Shown here piece by piece: positions 18,635-27,986 of a DNA stretch of 42,391 nucleotides. How positions within the stretch are numbered: position 1 is the stretch's first letter; each line of letters opens with the position of its first letter. Made by a program: the position numbers and the translations under genes. The notes under the pieces were generated by a model. It was not told the DNA's origin and searched no databases. It saw nothing but the letters and a program-made list of their open reading frames with translations. The DNA comes from an uncultured Clostridia bacterium (GTDB lineage Bacteria; Bacillota; Natranaerobiia; Natranaerobiales; Natranaerobiaceae), in contig CAZARY010000001.1 of the NCBI GenBank assembly GCA_964487675.1, forward strand, positions 1 to 42,391, in the 5' to 3' direction.

Positions 18635-19369
18635 TTAGCTGATTAGGAGGTATGTAAATAGGCTGACGGCTAATGGAAAACTTATTGTGTCGCTGCCATA
18701 CACGGAAACAGTTTCGGTAATCCCGGCGACAATAGCAATCATAAATGCTAATAAAATCAATCCCGGCAAACTGCTCCAAAATCCGGGGAGCTCAAGATAG
18801 TGCGGCAGGGCCAAAAGAGCGGTTACAAATGTACTGATAAATAATCCTAAACAGCCTTGGAAACTTTTATTGGAACTCAATAAAAACAAAAAACGTTTCA
18901 ATCTAATGGTGCCGTAGAGTTTACCGATTATGGCAGCTGCCGCATCACCTACACCCCAGAGCAAAAAGCCAAAAGAGGCAATGCCTTTATAAGTTTCCCC
19001 TAGATACCCCCAGAAAAGGAATACAGATAAGGAAAAGGTAAAAATAAAAAAAATGAGCTGTTTGCTTATTTCTTGAGTCCCCCAATTTCTATCCAAGTAC
19101 AAAGAAGTGATGAATCGAGTTTTCGAGAAAACTTTAAGCAGAATGAAAGCCAGGCCAAAAATAGAAACATGAATGATTAAAGCAGTATGCCATTGATCTG
19201 AAATAGAAATAATAATGACATTGCCCACAGCACACATGACGTGATAGCTTTTGCGAATGAATTCTTTATGTATACCCGGAATTAAATGAAGAAGTCCTAT
19301 GAAGATCAAAAAACCAAGATAGTAACCTGATAAAATTAACAATATAGGATTTAGAGTCAAAGACCTCAC
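18635..19369 (-). CDS. Integral membrane protein of the CTP-dependent polyprenol/dolichol kinase - phosphatidate cytidylyltransferase family
   Basis: Multi-pass membrane protein with a GDAAAAIIGKLYG motif typical of this family. Its stop lies 16 nt upstream of the start of the next gene on the same strand. Confidence 0.55.
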   Translation of the reverse strand: MRSLTLNPILLILSGYYLGFLIFIGLLHLIPGIHKEFIRKSYHVMCAVGNVIIISISDQWHTALIIHVSIFGLAFILLKVFSKTRFITSLYLDRNWGTQEISKQLIFFIFTFSLSVFLFWGYLGETYKGIASFGFLLWGVGDAAAAIIGKLYGTIRLKRFLFLLSSNKSFQGCLGLFISTFVTALLALPHYLELPGFWSSLPGLILLAFMIAIVAGITETVSVYGSDTISFPLAVSLFTYLLIS

Positions 19370-19593
19370 TCTGCTTTCTAATATATATTATAAATATTTA
19401 TGACAGCAATATTATTATAGCATGTTCATTCTTATTTAGAAAAAACAATAAAATCGAAGAGGTTTTGAAAGTACGCTTTACTCTATAAAAAAACTGGATT
19501 TCATGATAAAATATTAATATAAAAGACGAAATACTTGCAAGGATGGCATTTTTAAATTATACTGGAAGAAAATCCCGAAGGAGGGATCTATTG

Positions 19594-20079
19594 ATGAACA
19601 CAGAATTAGAAATTTTGAAGCAGGCCCTACAACTAGAAGAAGAGGGATACGAATTTTACATGATGGCTTCGCAGGACGCAGAAAATGAAGATGCCAAGGA
19701 AGCATTACAGGAATTGGCTGGGGAAGAAGCCAAACACAAACAATGGGTATTAGATATGTACGAGAAAATTGCTCAGGGCGATGGGCGTGAATTTGATTTT
19801 AGTGAAGTGAAGACTCCTTCACCAGGGATTTTTAAATGGAAAAATGTACCTCTAGATAACATTTCTAAAGGGTTATCAGTAATGAGTATTGGGGTAAAGA
19901 TGGAAAACTCAGCTGTTCAATTTTATACTGAAGCCAAAAAGAAAACTGAAGATCCGGATTTGCAAAAACTTTTGGAGATACTGATTGACTGGGAAAGACA
20001 GCATCTAAACGATTTTCAAAGTCGTTATGATGAATTACAGCAGGAATGGTGGGAACAACAGCGATTCAGTCCTTCTTAA
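19594..20079 (+). CDS. Ferritin-like / rubrerythrin-family di-iron four-helix-bundle protein
   Basis: Two E...ExxH half-sites (EEEGYEFY...EAKH and ENSAVQFY...ERQH). ATG 19594 is preceded by GGAGGGA; the listed start at 19543 is an extension. Confidence 0.7.
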   Translation: MNTELEILKQALQLEEEGYEFYMMASQDAENEDAKEALQELAGEEAKHKQWVLDMYEKIAQGDGREFDFSEVKTPSPGIFKWKNVPLDNISKGLSVMSIGVKMENSAVQFYTEAKKKTEDPDLQKLLEILIDWERQHLNDFQSRYDELQQEWWEQQRFSPS

Positions 20080-20111
20080 AAATCGTGTTTAGATTATGAA
20101 TGAGAACACAG

Positions 20112-20147
20112 CCCTCTGCGTCATTCTGCAGGGGGTCTTTAATTTTT
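20112..20147 (+). terminator. Rho-independent terminator candidate
   Basis: 8-bp stem CCCTCTGC / GCAGGGGG (one G-U pair) with an 8-nt loop, followed by TCTTTAATTTTT. Confidence 0.5.
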
Positions 20148-20215
20148 ATGTGCACTCATTGCGTTACTAATTTAGACATGAATCCAAAACTCATCATGGA
20201 TGGAGGAGGATTTTT

Positions 20216-20629
20216 ATGGAACAATTAGAGCTAGCAAAAGAAATACTCACAAAATCTGAAACCATTGCTGTAGTAGGATTATCTCCACGCGAGGACAGCC
20301 CGAGTCATTATGTGGCTAAATATTTAATCAAACAAGGATATCGTGTATTTCCTGTAAATCCAAAATACAGTACAGTTTTAGGTATCCAAGGCTCTGCTAC
20401 GCTAACTTCTCTAGCTAAAAGTGTCAAAGTAGACGTGGTAAATATTTTTCGGCACCCGGCAGATATTCCACCTATTGTTGAAGAAGCCATCAAGATACAA
20501 GCTCCTTACGTTTGGATGCAAGAAGGTATTGTTAACCATCAAGCCAAAGAAATGGCTGAAAGAAACGGGATCCAAGTTGTTATGGATCGGTGCATGATGA
20601 AGAGCCATAAATCATTGATCAAGGAATAA
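20216..20629 (+). CDS. CoA-binding domain protein (YccU/YneT-like)
   Basis: IAVVGLSPREDSPSHYV Rossmann-like start and a size of ~137 aa. RBS GGAGGAGGA. Confidence 0.8.
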   Translation: MEQLELAKEILTKSETIAVVGLSPREDSPSHYVAKYLIKQGYRVFPVNPKYSTVLGIQGSATLTSLAKSVKVDVVNIFRHPADIPPIVEEAIKIQAPYVWMQEGIVNHQAKEMAERNGIQVVMDRCMMKSHKSLIKE

Positions 20630-20671
20630 CCATAAAACAATAAAAGACATAAAACGATAAGAGATGCAAAT

Positions 20672-20709
20672 AGAGAAGAGCCAGGGGCAAAACCCTGGCT
20701 CTTCTTTTT
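20672..20709. terminator. Terminator hairpin between convergent genes
   Basis: 12-bp perfect stem GAAGAGCCAGGG (20675-20686) / CCCTGGCTCTTC (20693-20704), extendable by 3 pairs. TTTTT follows on the + strand. It sits between the CoA-binding gene (+) and grdB (-). Confidence 0.75.
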
Positions 20710-20729
20710 GCAGGTTTTTCAAATATTAT

Positions 20730-22043
20730 TTAGTCTTCAAAAACTGTCTGGAGTTCTATTTCGGTTTCAAGCGCTTTTAGAGCTTTTTCTAGCAGCTGTT
20801 TTCTCAATTTGTATTCATCGTCATCGTCCAGGTTGGGATCGCCCAAAGGATGTGGAATGGCCACAGTTGGGATGATCCTGTTGGCGCCAACCGTTTTGGA
20901 AATGGGTACGATAGAGGCCATGTGAACAGCAGGCAGTCCATTATTTTCATATTCTTTTACCATCGTTGCACCGCAACGCGTACAAGTACCTCAAGTAGAA
21001 GTGTGGATAACGGCATCCACGCCAGCTTCTTTTAAGTCTTGTGCGATTTCATAGGCGAATTGTTTTGCATTTGCTACTGAAGTACCATTGCCTACTGTGG
21101 AATAATAATACTCATGCAGTTCGCCAATTCGCCCTTCTTTTACAAGCTCCCGGGCCGCATCTAAGGGGAGGACCCTGTTGGGATTTTCATTGGCGTAGGT
21201 AGGATCGTATCCACCATGGGCTGTTTCATAATTATCGGCAGTGACACTTTCAATGTCTTTGATTTCATATTTGCCATATTTTGAAGCGCTGGAGGCCTCT
21301 ATTCCATCGGGATTGCCTGTAGGCACAATACCTCCTGAGGTAACCAGGGCGATTTTCGCTTCTGCCATATTTTTAATAGGCGGCAGTATGGGTACTCGAT
21401 CGAACTGGGGCATTGGATATTCTGTTTTGAACGAGTCACCTTTTAATTTTTTAACCAGCATTTCAACACCCCGGGCTGAGCCTCTTGCGTCGTAGAAAAC
21501 ATTTTTGCGAATGCCCCGTGGAATGTAGCCTTCTTCTTCAGGGGTACCTAATTCTTCACCTCGGAGAATTTTCTTAGCCAGTTTGGCCATGGCTGGGACA
21601 GCACTCCGCATTCCAGCTGCAGAATTAGAGGTTTCCACAATGTAGGCAAATTTTCTATACATTTCTACCCCGGGGTTTTCGGTATACATGCCTGAAACGA
21701 CTGGAATCTCATAATTTGCGTTGACCAGCTCGGCCACTCCCCCTGCTGCGGTTCCATACCTCCCAGCGTTAAAAGCAGGCCCTGTAATGACTAGGTCAGG
21801 TTTGTATTTATCAATAGCCTCTCGTACTTTTTCTTCTGCTTGTTCAGTGTTGGATGAATAGTAATCATCACCGCAAATGATTGTGGCAACAATTTGTGCT
21901 TCATCGCCGAGCTCCCCATTCAATGCATTACCAGGTCCTACAGGCCCTTCTTCTATATAAGGTGGGGTCGTGGCTTTTTCTTCGCCGCCTAATCCGGCAA
22001 AATACTGGTTAATATAGTGAACAATTTTTTTGCTCAATTTCAA
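20730..22043 (-). CDS. grdB: Glycine/sarcosine/betaine reductase complex selenoprotein B (GrdB/GrdF/GrdH family), with in-frame UGA selenocysteine at 20991-20993
   Basis: The listed 350-aa and 77-aa ORFs are in the same frame and separated only by TGA. Read-through gives VIHTST-U-GTCTRCGATMVKEYENN, the conserved UxxCxxC centre of selenoprotein B. The N-terminus HYINQYFAGLGGEE is typical. The likely start is TTG 22037, 6 nt after AGGAGGG. Confidence 0.9.
20964..20993 (-). promoter_or_regulatory. UGA(Sec) codon plus candidate bacterial SECIS hairpin
   Basis: 12 nt downstream of the UGA, the mRNA reads CGUUGC-GGU-GCAACG (20978-20964): a 6-bp stem with a G/U-containing apical loop. This is the position expected for a SelB-binding element. 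Confidence 0.55.
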
Positions 22044-22133
22044 CCCTCCTTTCCAGGTTACTTTCTTCGTGAAGATAGAAACTTAATGTTGGTATGCAAT
22101 CAAAAGTATCAGGATAACACTCAATTTTTATAT

Positions 22134-23420
22134 TTACACGTCTTCGGCCGCTAACTTTTCAAAGCCCAATTGGTTGGTAGACCCAATAATTGCTTGCAGC
22201 TCTACCTCTATAGATTTATCGTGACGTAAACTGCCTTCGAAACCACCGGCAATAGTGTCAGCAGTTTCCAGAATGCCGATAACTTTGTCCATGGGCGGGA
22301 TCACTATGGTTTCATTAGCGTTCCCCACGGTGACCACGGCATCAGCTTTAGGATTCGCATCGGCTAACCCCTGGGAAGCTCCATCTCTTCCTGCATACTC
22401 GTCCGTCACAAGCACGGTTTTAATCCCTTTGTCTTCTATTTTGACACAGTTCATAATCAAGTCGGTATCGGGGTTACCAAAGCCTTCTTCAGAGATTATA
22501 ACTCCATCAAAGCCTAGCTGTTCTGCCAAGTTGGCAGCAAAGTTGGAAGATCTTTCTTTATCAGCTAAAGTTACGTTTTCATTGGTGATAATGACGCCAC
22601 AGAAATTCAGATCTTTTCCATGTCTTTCATACAAGTCTTCGATGATGGGGTTGTTTATGTGATGGAATGTAGAATTTTTATCGCAAGCAGAAACACAGTT
22701 TCCACTTACTATTGCACCGTCCATGACTTCAGTGGGATAAATAAATGTGGGTATGATCTGCTTCGCGTCCACCCCGTACACCCAGGTATCGTGCAGCAGG
22801 CCTTGACTTTGCAGCATGTAAACATAACCTACTTTTGGAAGATCAGGGTACTTTTCACGCTGCTCCATAAAAGGTAGGGCTTCGTAATGAATTTTATCGT
22901 CTGCAGTAGCTTCTTTACAAGCATCGCCAATGTGTTTGGCCGCTTTTAAACCAGCAAGTCTCACAGCTTCTTCATGTTCGGAAGCTTTCAGGCCGCTTAC
23001 CGGGGTGCAGTTTACTACTAGGTTGACGGTTTTTGAGAAATGGCAATAATCAGCGCCTGGACCATCCATATCTATAATCCCTTCTTGAAAACCTACCAAT
23101 TTGCCTGTAGTCACTATTGTCATCCCTTTTAAGGCTTTAGTGACGCCACTCCCTACAGTATCCACTTTGTTTAAAATACCAGGAAACAGGCCACCGTTTC
23201 CTTCAACTTTTGTTCTCGGTTCGATGACGTCTTTAACGGGTATGATTCTGACAGATTCTCCCGGTTTCGCTATGTCTAGTTCTACGGAGTCAATGCGATC
23301 ATCTTCTAAAATCGCCTGGGTTAATTCATCTTTATTGACTGTAACGACGTTTCTAGAAAAACCAGTTTGACTGCCAAATTGCACATCTTTTACGTTTACT
23401 TTTTCAAGAGTTAAACTCAT
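22134..23420 (-). CDS. grdE: Glycine/sarcosine reductase component B alpha/beta proprotein (GrdE/GrdG family)
   Basis: 428 aa. Contains DMDGPGADY, and SGN-C-VSACDKN places the Cys at residue 242 by my count, matching the autoprocessing (pyruvoyl-forming) cysteine of GrdE. RBS AAGGAGGTGA. Lies 90 nt upstream of grdB. Confidence 0.9.
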   Translation of the reverse strand: MSLTLEKVNVKDVQFGSQTGFSRNVVTVNKDELTQAILEDDRIDSVELDIAKPGESVRIIPVKDVIEPRTKVEGNGGLFPGILNKVDTVGSGVTKALKGMTIVTTGKLVGFQEGIIDMDGPGADYCHFSKTVNLVVNCTPVSGLKASEHEEAVRLAGLKAAKHIGDACKEATADDKIHYEALPFMEQREKYPDLPKVGYVYMLQSQGLLHDTWVYGVDAKQIIPTFIYPTEVMDGAIVSGNCVSACDKNSTFHHINNPIIEDLYERHGKDLNFCGVIITNENVTLADKERSSNFAANLAEQLGFDGVIISEEGFGNPDTDLIMNCVKIEDKGIKTVLVTDEYAGRDGASQGLADANPKADAVVTVGNANETIVIPPMDKVIGILETADTIAGGFEGSLRHDKSIEVELQAIIGSTNQLGFEKLAAEDV

Positions 23421-23635
23421 CTGAAAATCACCTCCTTGTAAAATGATTGGCAGTGATTGATCCTGTCATTTCACTGCGCACCTATAATATTCAAGAAATT
23501 TAAAAAAATTCCTGCATCATGGTGTTAAATTACTTTAAGAACTTGGGGTTTACATAAAATAGTATGAATTTAAGTCTAGTTTACTCCCTTTTTACATCGT
23601 AAAGATAAAAAATCTGATAAAAAAATTTGATCGGG

Positions 23636-23676
23636 AATAAAAAAGTACTTTCCAAAGCTGAAGTTTTGGAAAGTAC
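23636..23676 (-). terminator. Rho-independent terminator downstream of the isochorismatase-family gene
   Basis: Perfect 12-bp stem GTACTTTCCAAA (23645-23656) / TTTGGAAAGTAC (23665-23676) with an 8-nt loop. The minus strand continues with TTTTTT. Confidence 0.65.
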
Positions 23677-23810
23677 CTTAACATTAAATCACCAGAAATC
23701 ACCGTTTTTTCTAGTTTTTACCTCTCTCTTTTGAGTGGGAAAGTTAAATATAATAAAACTTTTCTCTAGTAAAGTTTACATGTCTCAAACAGATTATTGT
23801 TCAACCTTCT

Positions 23811-24413
23811 TTAGGGTTCTTCGAACTGAGTATGAAAGATTTGTTTAATCTCTTGTGTGTTTTTAACTATGCCTACAATATTTTCTATGCTTTTTAAGAA
23901 AGGTTCTTTGGGGATATCTCTGGTAGGAGCGGTGCAGTCAGAAACGGCAATAATGTTATAATTTAATTGGTGACCGTCTAAAGCCGTAGCATAAAAACAT
24001 ATATTTGTAGGGACTCCCGTTAAAATAATCGTTTTCTTTTTTAATCCTCTGAGCAATATATCTAGATCTGTGGAATAAAATCCACTGTGCCGCCGTTTGA
24101 ATATTACAAAATCATCTTCGTCAGGGTACAATTCAGAGACAAAATCTGCTCCTTCTGTACCTTCGATGCAGTGGACCAGTCCTTCTTTGCTCAATTCCTT
24201 TCCAAAATCAACCATATCGGAGCGGTGAAGTTCTTTCGTATAAATTATTGGAATGTTTAGCCGCTTCATGTCCTTTTTGAATTTTTGCAGTGTTGGGACG
24301 ATATTTCGACATTTTGGGCATTCAAAAGAGGTTATTTTGTACAAGAAATCATTTTGCATATTCAACATGACCATGGCACAATCGCTAACATTTAAATAGC
24401 TGGGGGCACCCAT
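23811..24413 (-). CDS. Isochorismatase-family cysteine hydrolase
   Basis: N-terminal MLNMQNDF (catalytic Asp region) and GVPTNICFYATALDG (nucleophile Cys). ATG 24413 lies 7 nt after AAGGAGGG; the listed TTG 24434 falls before the RBS. Confidence 0.8.
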   Translation of the reverse strand: MGAPSYLNVSDCAMVMLNMQNDFLYKITSFECPKCRNIVPTLQKFKKDMKRLNIPIIYTKELHRSDMVDFGKELSKEGLVHCIEGTEGADFVSELYPDEDDFVIFKRRHSGFYSTDLDILLRGLKKKTIILTGVPTNICFYATALDGHQLNYNIIAVSDCTAPTRDIPKEPFLKSIENIVGIVKNTQEIKQIFHTQFEEP

Positions 24414-24750
24414 TAACAATCCCTCCTTAAACAATTATTACATGGCTCTTGTTGGGAAACTTTTTAAAAGTTTACTTGAATTTCACCTCCTTTTTATGAT
24501 TGAGGAATTTGAGTGGCGTTTCTAATAAAAACCGAAAATTCAATCAATTTGGTAATAATACAGTTCTATACAACAGGGGGGATTCCTGTTAAATAATAGA
24601 TAATTATTTAATTCACAAGCTATACGACAGACTATATAACAGATCGCTGCATGCGCAAAATATGCGCTAAAATTGGAAATTTTGCGTCAAAAATTTTTCG
24701 ACACCCTAAAAATGAGTGCCGAAAAAGTGGAAGCCAAAAAGCAATTGGAA

Positions 24751-24783
24751 AAACAAGGAAAGCCCCCAAATGATTTCCTGTTT
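24751..24783 (-). terminator. Weak terminator candidate downstream of the FAD oxidoreductase gene
   Basis: About 10 bp of stem with one bulge (AAAC-A-AGGAAA / TTTCCTGTTT), with a T run partly inside the stem on the minus strand. Confidence 0.35.
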
Positions 24784-24792
24784 TATAAAACA

Positions 24793-26232
24793 TCAATCTA
24801 ATTGATGCATTACATGTCTGGCGATTGCTATTCCACAGGCACTAGCCTGGGCTAATCCCCGAGTCACGCCTGCTCCGTCACCGCCAGCGTAGAGTCCCTC
24901 TATCTTGGTTTCAAAATTATTGTTTAGATGCGGCTTAGCAGAATAAAATTTAGCTTCCACGCCATACAACAATGTGTGGTCCGAAGCAATCCCCGGGGTA
25001 ACATGGTTTAATGCTTCTATCATCTCAATGATGCTGATCATGGTAACATGCGGGATAACCAATCCCAAGTTTCCAGGAACTGCTTCCTTTAAAGTCGGAT
25101 TTATAAAGCATTCCTTAATTCGTTTTTCAGTAGAGCGTCTTCCTTTCATAATATCACCATAGCTTTGAATTAATACGCTGCCATCGGAAAGGTCGTTTGC
25201 CAATTGACATATCGATTTGGCGTAAGCCGTGGGTTTATTGAAAGGATAAGAAAATTTATGGGATACGAGGAGTGCAAAATTAGTGTTTTCACTCCCGAGA
25301 TTTTTATCTTTATAAGCATGTCCATTTGCCAACATAACTCCGCTGTGATTTTCAATCACCACGTGGCCCGATGGGTTATTGCAGAAACTTCGCACCGTTG
25401 TTCCCACAGAAGTGCGATAAACAAATTTCCCTTCATACAAATTATGATTGATCTCTTCCATGATCATATCCAAAGTTTCTACCCGAACGCCTAAATCCAC
25501 CTGGTTGCTAGAAACTTCCAAACCATTAGACCTTAACAATCGGGTCAGCCATTCCGCCCCATCGCGTCCGGGGACTAAAACAACTTTCTTGGCATGATAT
25601 TCGTTTTTATCACTTGTGATGACCCCTTTAACTGCTTTATTTCCTGTTTTCGAGTCGATTTCGACAATCAAATCTTCTACTTTTGTTTTGAATTTTATAT
25701 CCACTTTTTCTTTTAACCGGTCGTAAATGTTTTTTAATACTTGGGTATTTTGTTCTGTTCCTAAATGTTTTACCTGGGCTTTAAGTAGTTTTAACCCTGA
25801 AGCTAACCCGCGCTTTTCAATATTTTTAACAGTGCTGGTCGTAGGGTCAGATACTTGGGCGCGGGCGCCGTGTTCCATATTTAATTGATCCACATATTTG
25901 ATTAAATCTAAAACTTCTGCAGAAGTGAGATAATCAGTCATCCAACCGCCGAATTCGGTCGTGATGTTGAATTTTCCGTCCGAGTAAGCGCCAGCGCCTC
26001 CAAAACCGTTTGTGATTGAACAGTTAGGATAACATGAAGAAATTTCCTCCATTTGACTAAGAGATGGGCATTTAGAAATTTTGTTTTCTAGGATGGGGCA
26101 GCTGCGTTCATATATGCTTTGACCTTTTTCAAATAATAACACATTTATATTGGGATTATTTTTTACTAATTCATAGCATGTGAAAATGCCCGCGGGTCCA
26201 GCGCCTACTACTATTACATCATATTGTGCCAT
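24793..26232 (-). CDS. FAD-dependent oxidoreductase (uncharacterised FAD-dependent dehydrogenase family, COG2509-like)
   Basis: N-terminal YDVIVVGAGPAGIF dinucleotide-binding motif and C-terminal GLYAGGDGAGVTRG. RBS AGGGAGG. Confidence 0.8.
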   Translation of the reverse strand: MAQYDVIVVGAGPAGIFTCYELVKNNPNINVLLFEKGQSIYERSCPILENKISKCPSLSQMEEISSCYPNCSITNGFGGAGAYSDGKFNITTEFGGWMTDYLTSAEVLDLIKYVDQLNMEHGARAQVSDPTTSTVKNIEKRGLASGLKLLKAQVKHLGTEQNTQVLKNIYDRLKEKVDIKFKTKVEDLIVEIDSKTGNKAVKGVITSDKNEYHAKKVVLVPGRDGAEWLTRLLRSNGLEVSSNQVDLGVRVETLDMIMEEINHNLYEGKFVYRTSVGTTVRSFCNNPSGHVVIENHSGVMLANGHAYKDKNLGSENTNFALLVSHKFSYPFNKPTAYAKSICQLANDLSDGSVLIQSYGDIMKGRRSTEKRIKECFINPTLKEAVPGNLGLVIPHVTMISIIEMIEALNHVTPGIASDHTLLYGVEAKFYSAKPHLNNNFETKIEGLYAGGDGAGVTRGLAQASACGIAIARHVMHQLD

Positions 26233-26313
26233 TTAAAGAACCTCCCTTTGACTGATATAGGTCCTGAACAGTTTTTCTCTTTGCTCTTTATGTTAAAAAG
26301 TACAACACTAATT

Positions 26314-26835
26314 TTAAAGATGATTTCCTTGTATGCTTTGATAAAATCGTCTTTTATCTTCGTAACGCTTCCGTATTTGTTCCATATTTTCAATTTCTTT
26401 GTCGGTTAACGTTCGCACACTTTTAGCTGGAGAGCCCATCGCCAGTGTCCCTTCTGGTATTTTTTTCCCCGGTGGCACCAGGGAACCGGCTGCTATCATA
26501 GCATATTTGCCGACCACCGAATGGTCTAATATGATCGAATTTATACCAATCAAGGCGCCATGGCAAATATAACAAGAGTGAAGAACCGCATTGTGACCAA
26601 TAATCACATCATCTTCTACAACCATGCGGATATCTGGACTTTGATGGAGGGTACAGTTATCTTGAATAATGACCCGCTTACCAATCCTTGTGGGAGACAC
26701 ATCCCCACGAATGGAAGCCCCATACCAAATGCTTGTATAATCGCCGATCTTTACATCTCCCGTTATCACAGCTGTTTGAGCAATAAAAGCCGTTTCAGGT
26801 ATTTCTGGATAAGTATCCTTAAATGGTAAAATCAT
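26314..26835 (-). CDS. Gamma-carbonic-anhydrase-like / hexapeptide-repeat protein (YrdA/PaaY family)
   Basis: Left-handed beta-helix hexapeptide periodicity, SIWYGASIRGD, GHNAVLH, and a size of ~173 aa. RBS AAGGAGGAAAA. Confidence 0.85.
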   Translation of the reverse strand: MILPFKDTYPEIPETAFIAQTAVITGDVKIGDYTSIWYGASIRGDVSPTRIGKRVIIQDNCTLHQSPDIRMVVEDDVIIGHNAVLHSCYICHGALIGINSIILDHSVVGKYAMIAAGSLVPPGKKIPEGTLAMGSPAKSVRTLTDKEIENMEQIRKRYEDKRRFYQSIQGNHL

Positions 26836-27077
26836 AGAGTATTTTTCCTCCTTGGTTTATAAGGGTTCTACAGGGGTTATGTAGCACAATATTATCACAT
26901 ATACCCAGTTTGCTTCCCTCAAATTAAATTCCCTAATAGTATTGTATATGAGAGGCACCATGCTGTAAAACTTTCTTTTTTTTCCGAGAGGTTTTTGATA
27001 AGATAAGATTAAATAGTAAGTGCTTTTTCGTATACTTCACATAGATTTATCAATACGGCTAAAGGAGCGATTAATCC

Positions 27078-27983
27078 ATGGCTTTAAATCGTGAAGATAG
27101 GGCGAGAATTGCCCAAGAAACCCTTGATATTGTAAATCAAGGTTTTTATTATAATCGAAAAGGCGAAAAAATCGATGTTTCCATGGATATTGAAAGCGCA
27201 AAGAAGTATGCTAAGCTTTATTGCGCGGAAAAACTTGAAACAATTGGTAGAAAGGCAAAGGAAAAATTATATGAAAAATCAAGCAATATTGAGCATCATG
27301 ATTCGTTTGAGGCGAGCGGTCAAGATTTTTATCTTGAAGTCACCAATGAAACCACTCTTTCCGCTGCTAAAAGGTTGTATGATCAAGGATATGACGTGGT
27401 ATGCTTAAACTTTGCTTCTGCTCGAAATCCGGGAGGAGGCTTTTTGAAAGGGAGCGATGCTCAAGAAGAAAGCTTGGCGCGTGCTTCTGCTTTGTATTCT
27501 ACATTAAAGACGCAGCCAGAGTATTACCGAATTAATAAAGCCTGTGAATCCGCCCTTTATACAGATAATATGATATATTCTCCTGGTGTCCCGGTGTTTA
27601 GGGATGACAATGGTGCTTTGCAAGATCGACCCTATAAAATATCCTTCATTACAGCTCCGGCAGTAAATGCCGGGGTAGTGGAAAAAAAAGAACCAGAGAA
27701 TATACCTTTCATTGGGGAAATCATGGAAAAAAGAATTCAATTAATATTGGCATTAGCTGCCTATCGGGGCCATAACGCTGTGGTGCTTGGTGCTTTTGGC
27801 TGTGGCGTGTTTAAAAACAATCCGGAAAATGTGGCAGGCTATTTTGCTGATTGCTTTTACGATAAGGCTGGAAACCCTTCCGGGTTTAGTTTTTTATTTT
27901 CTCACGTTACTTTTGCGGTGTTAGACCGCTCAAAGACAAAAAACACATATAGAATTTTTAGTCAAAAACTATCTAGGGGGTAA
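27078..27983 (+). CDS. Bacterial-type poly(ADP-ribose) glycohydrolase-like macrodomain protein (TIGR02452 / DUF2263 family)
   Basis: VVCLNFASARNPGGGFLKGSDAQEESLARASALY contains the GGG-X7-QEE PARG signature. The length of ~300 aa and the C-terminal LGAFGCGVFKN match the family. Confidence 0.8.
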   Translation: MALNREDRARIAQETLDIVNQGFYYNRKGEKIDVSMDIESAKKYAKLYCAEKLETIGRKAKEKLYEKSSNIEHHDSFEASGQDFYLEVTNETTLSAAKRLYDQGYDVVCLNFASARNPGGGFLKGSDAQEESLARASALYSTLKTQPEYYRINKACESALYTDNMIYSPGVPVFRDDNGALQDRPYKISFITAPAVNAGVVEKKEPENIPFIGEIMEKRIQLILALAAYRGHNAVVLGAFGCGVFKNNPENVAGYFADCFYDKAGNPSGFSFLFSHVTFAVLDRSKTKNTYRIFSQKLSRG

Positions 27984-27986
27984 TCC

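Noticed and set aside
23421-23640. Glycine riboswitch upstream of grdE
   Set aside because: I looked on the minus strand for the conserved ACCGAAGGGGCAA-type cores of the tandem glycine aptamers and found none. Only short, non-significant hairpins are present.
24700-24800. 29-codon + strand ORF (MSAEKVEAKKQLEKQGKPPNDFLFYKTSI) in the intergenic region
   Set aside because: It has no RBS, overlaps the 3' end and terminator region of the convergent FAD oxidoreductase gene, and shows no recognisable motif.
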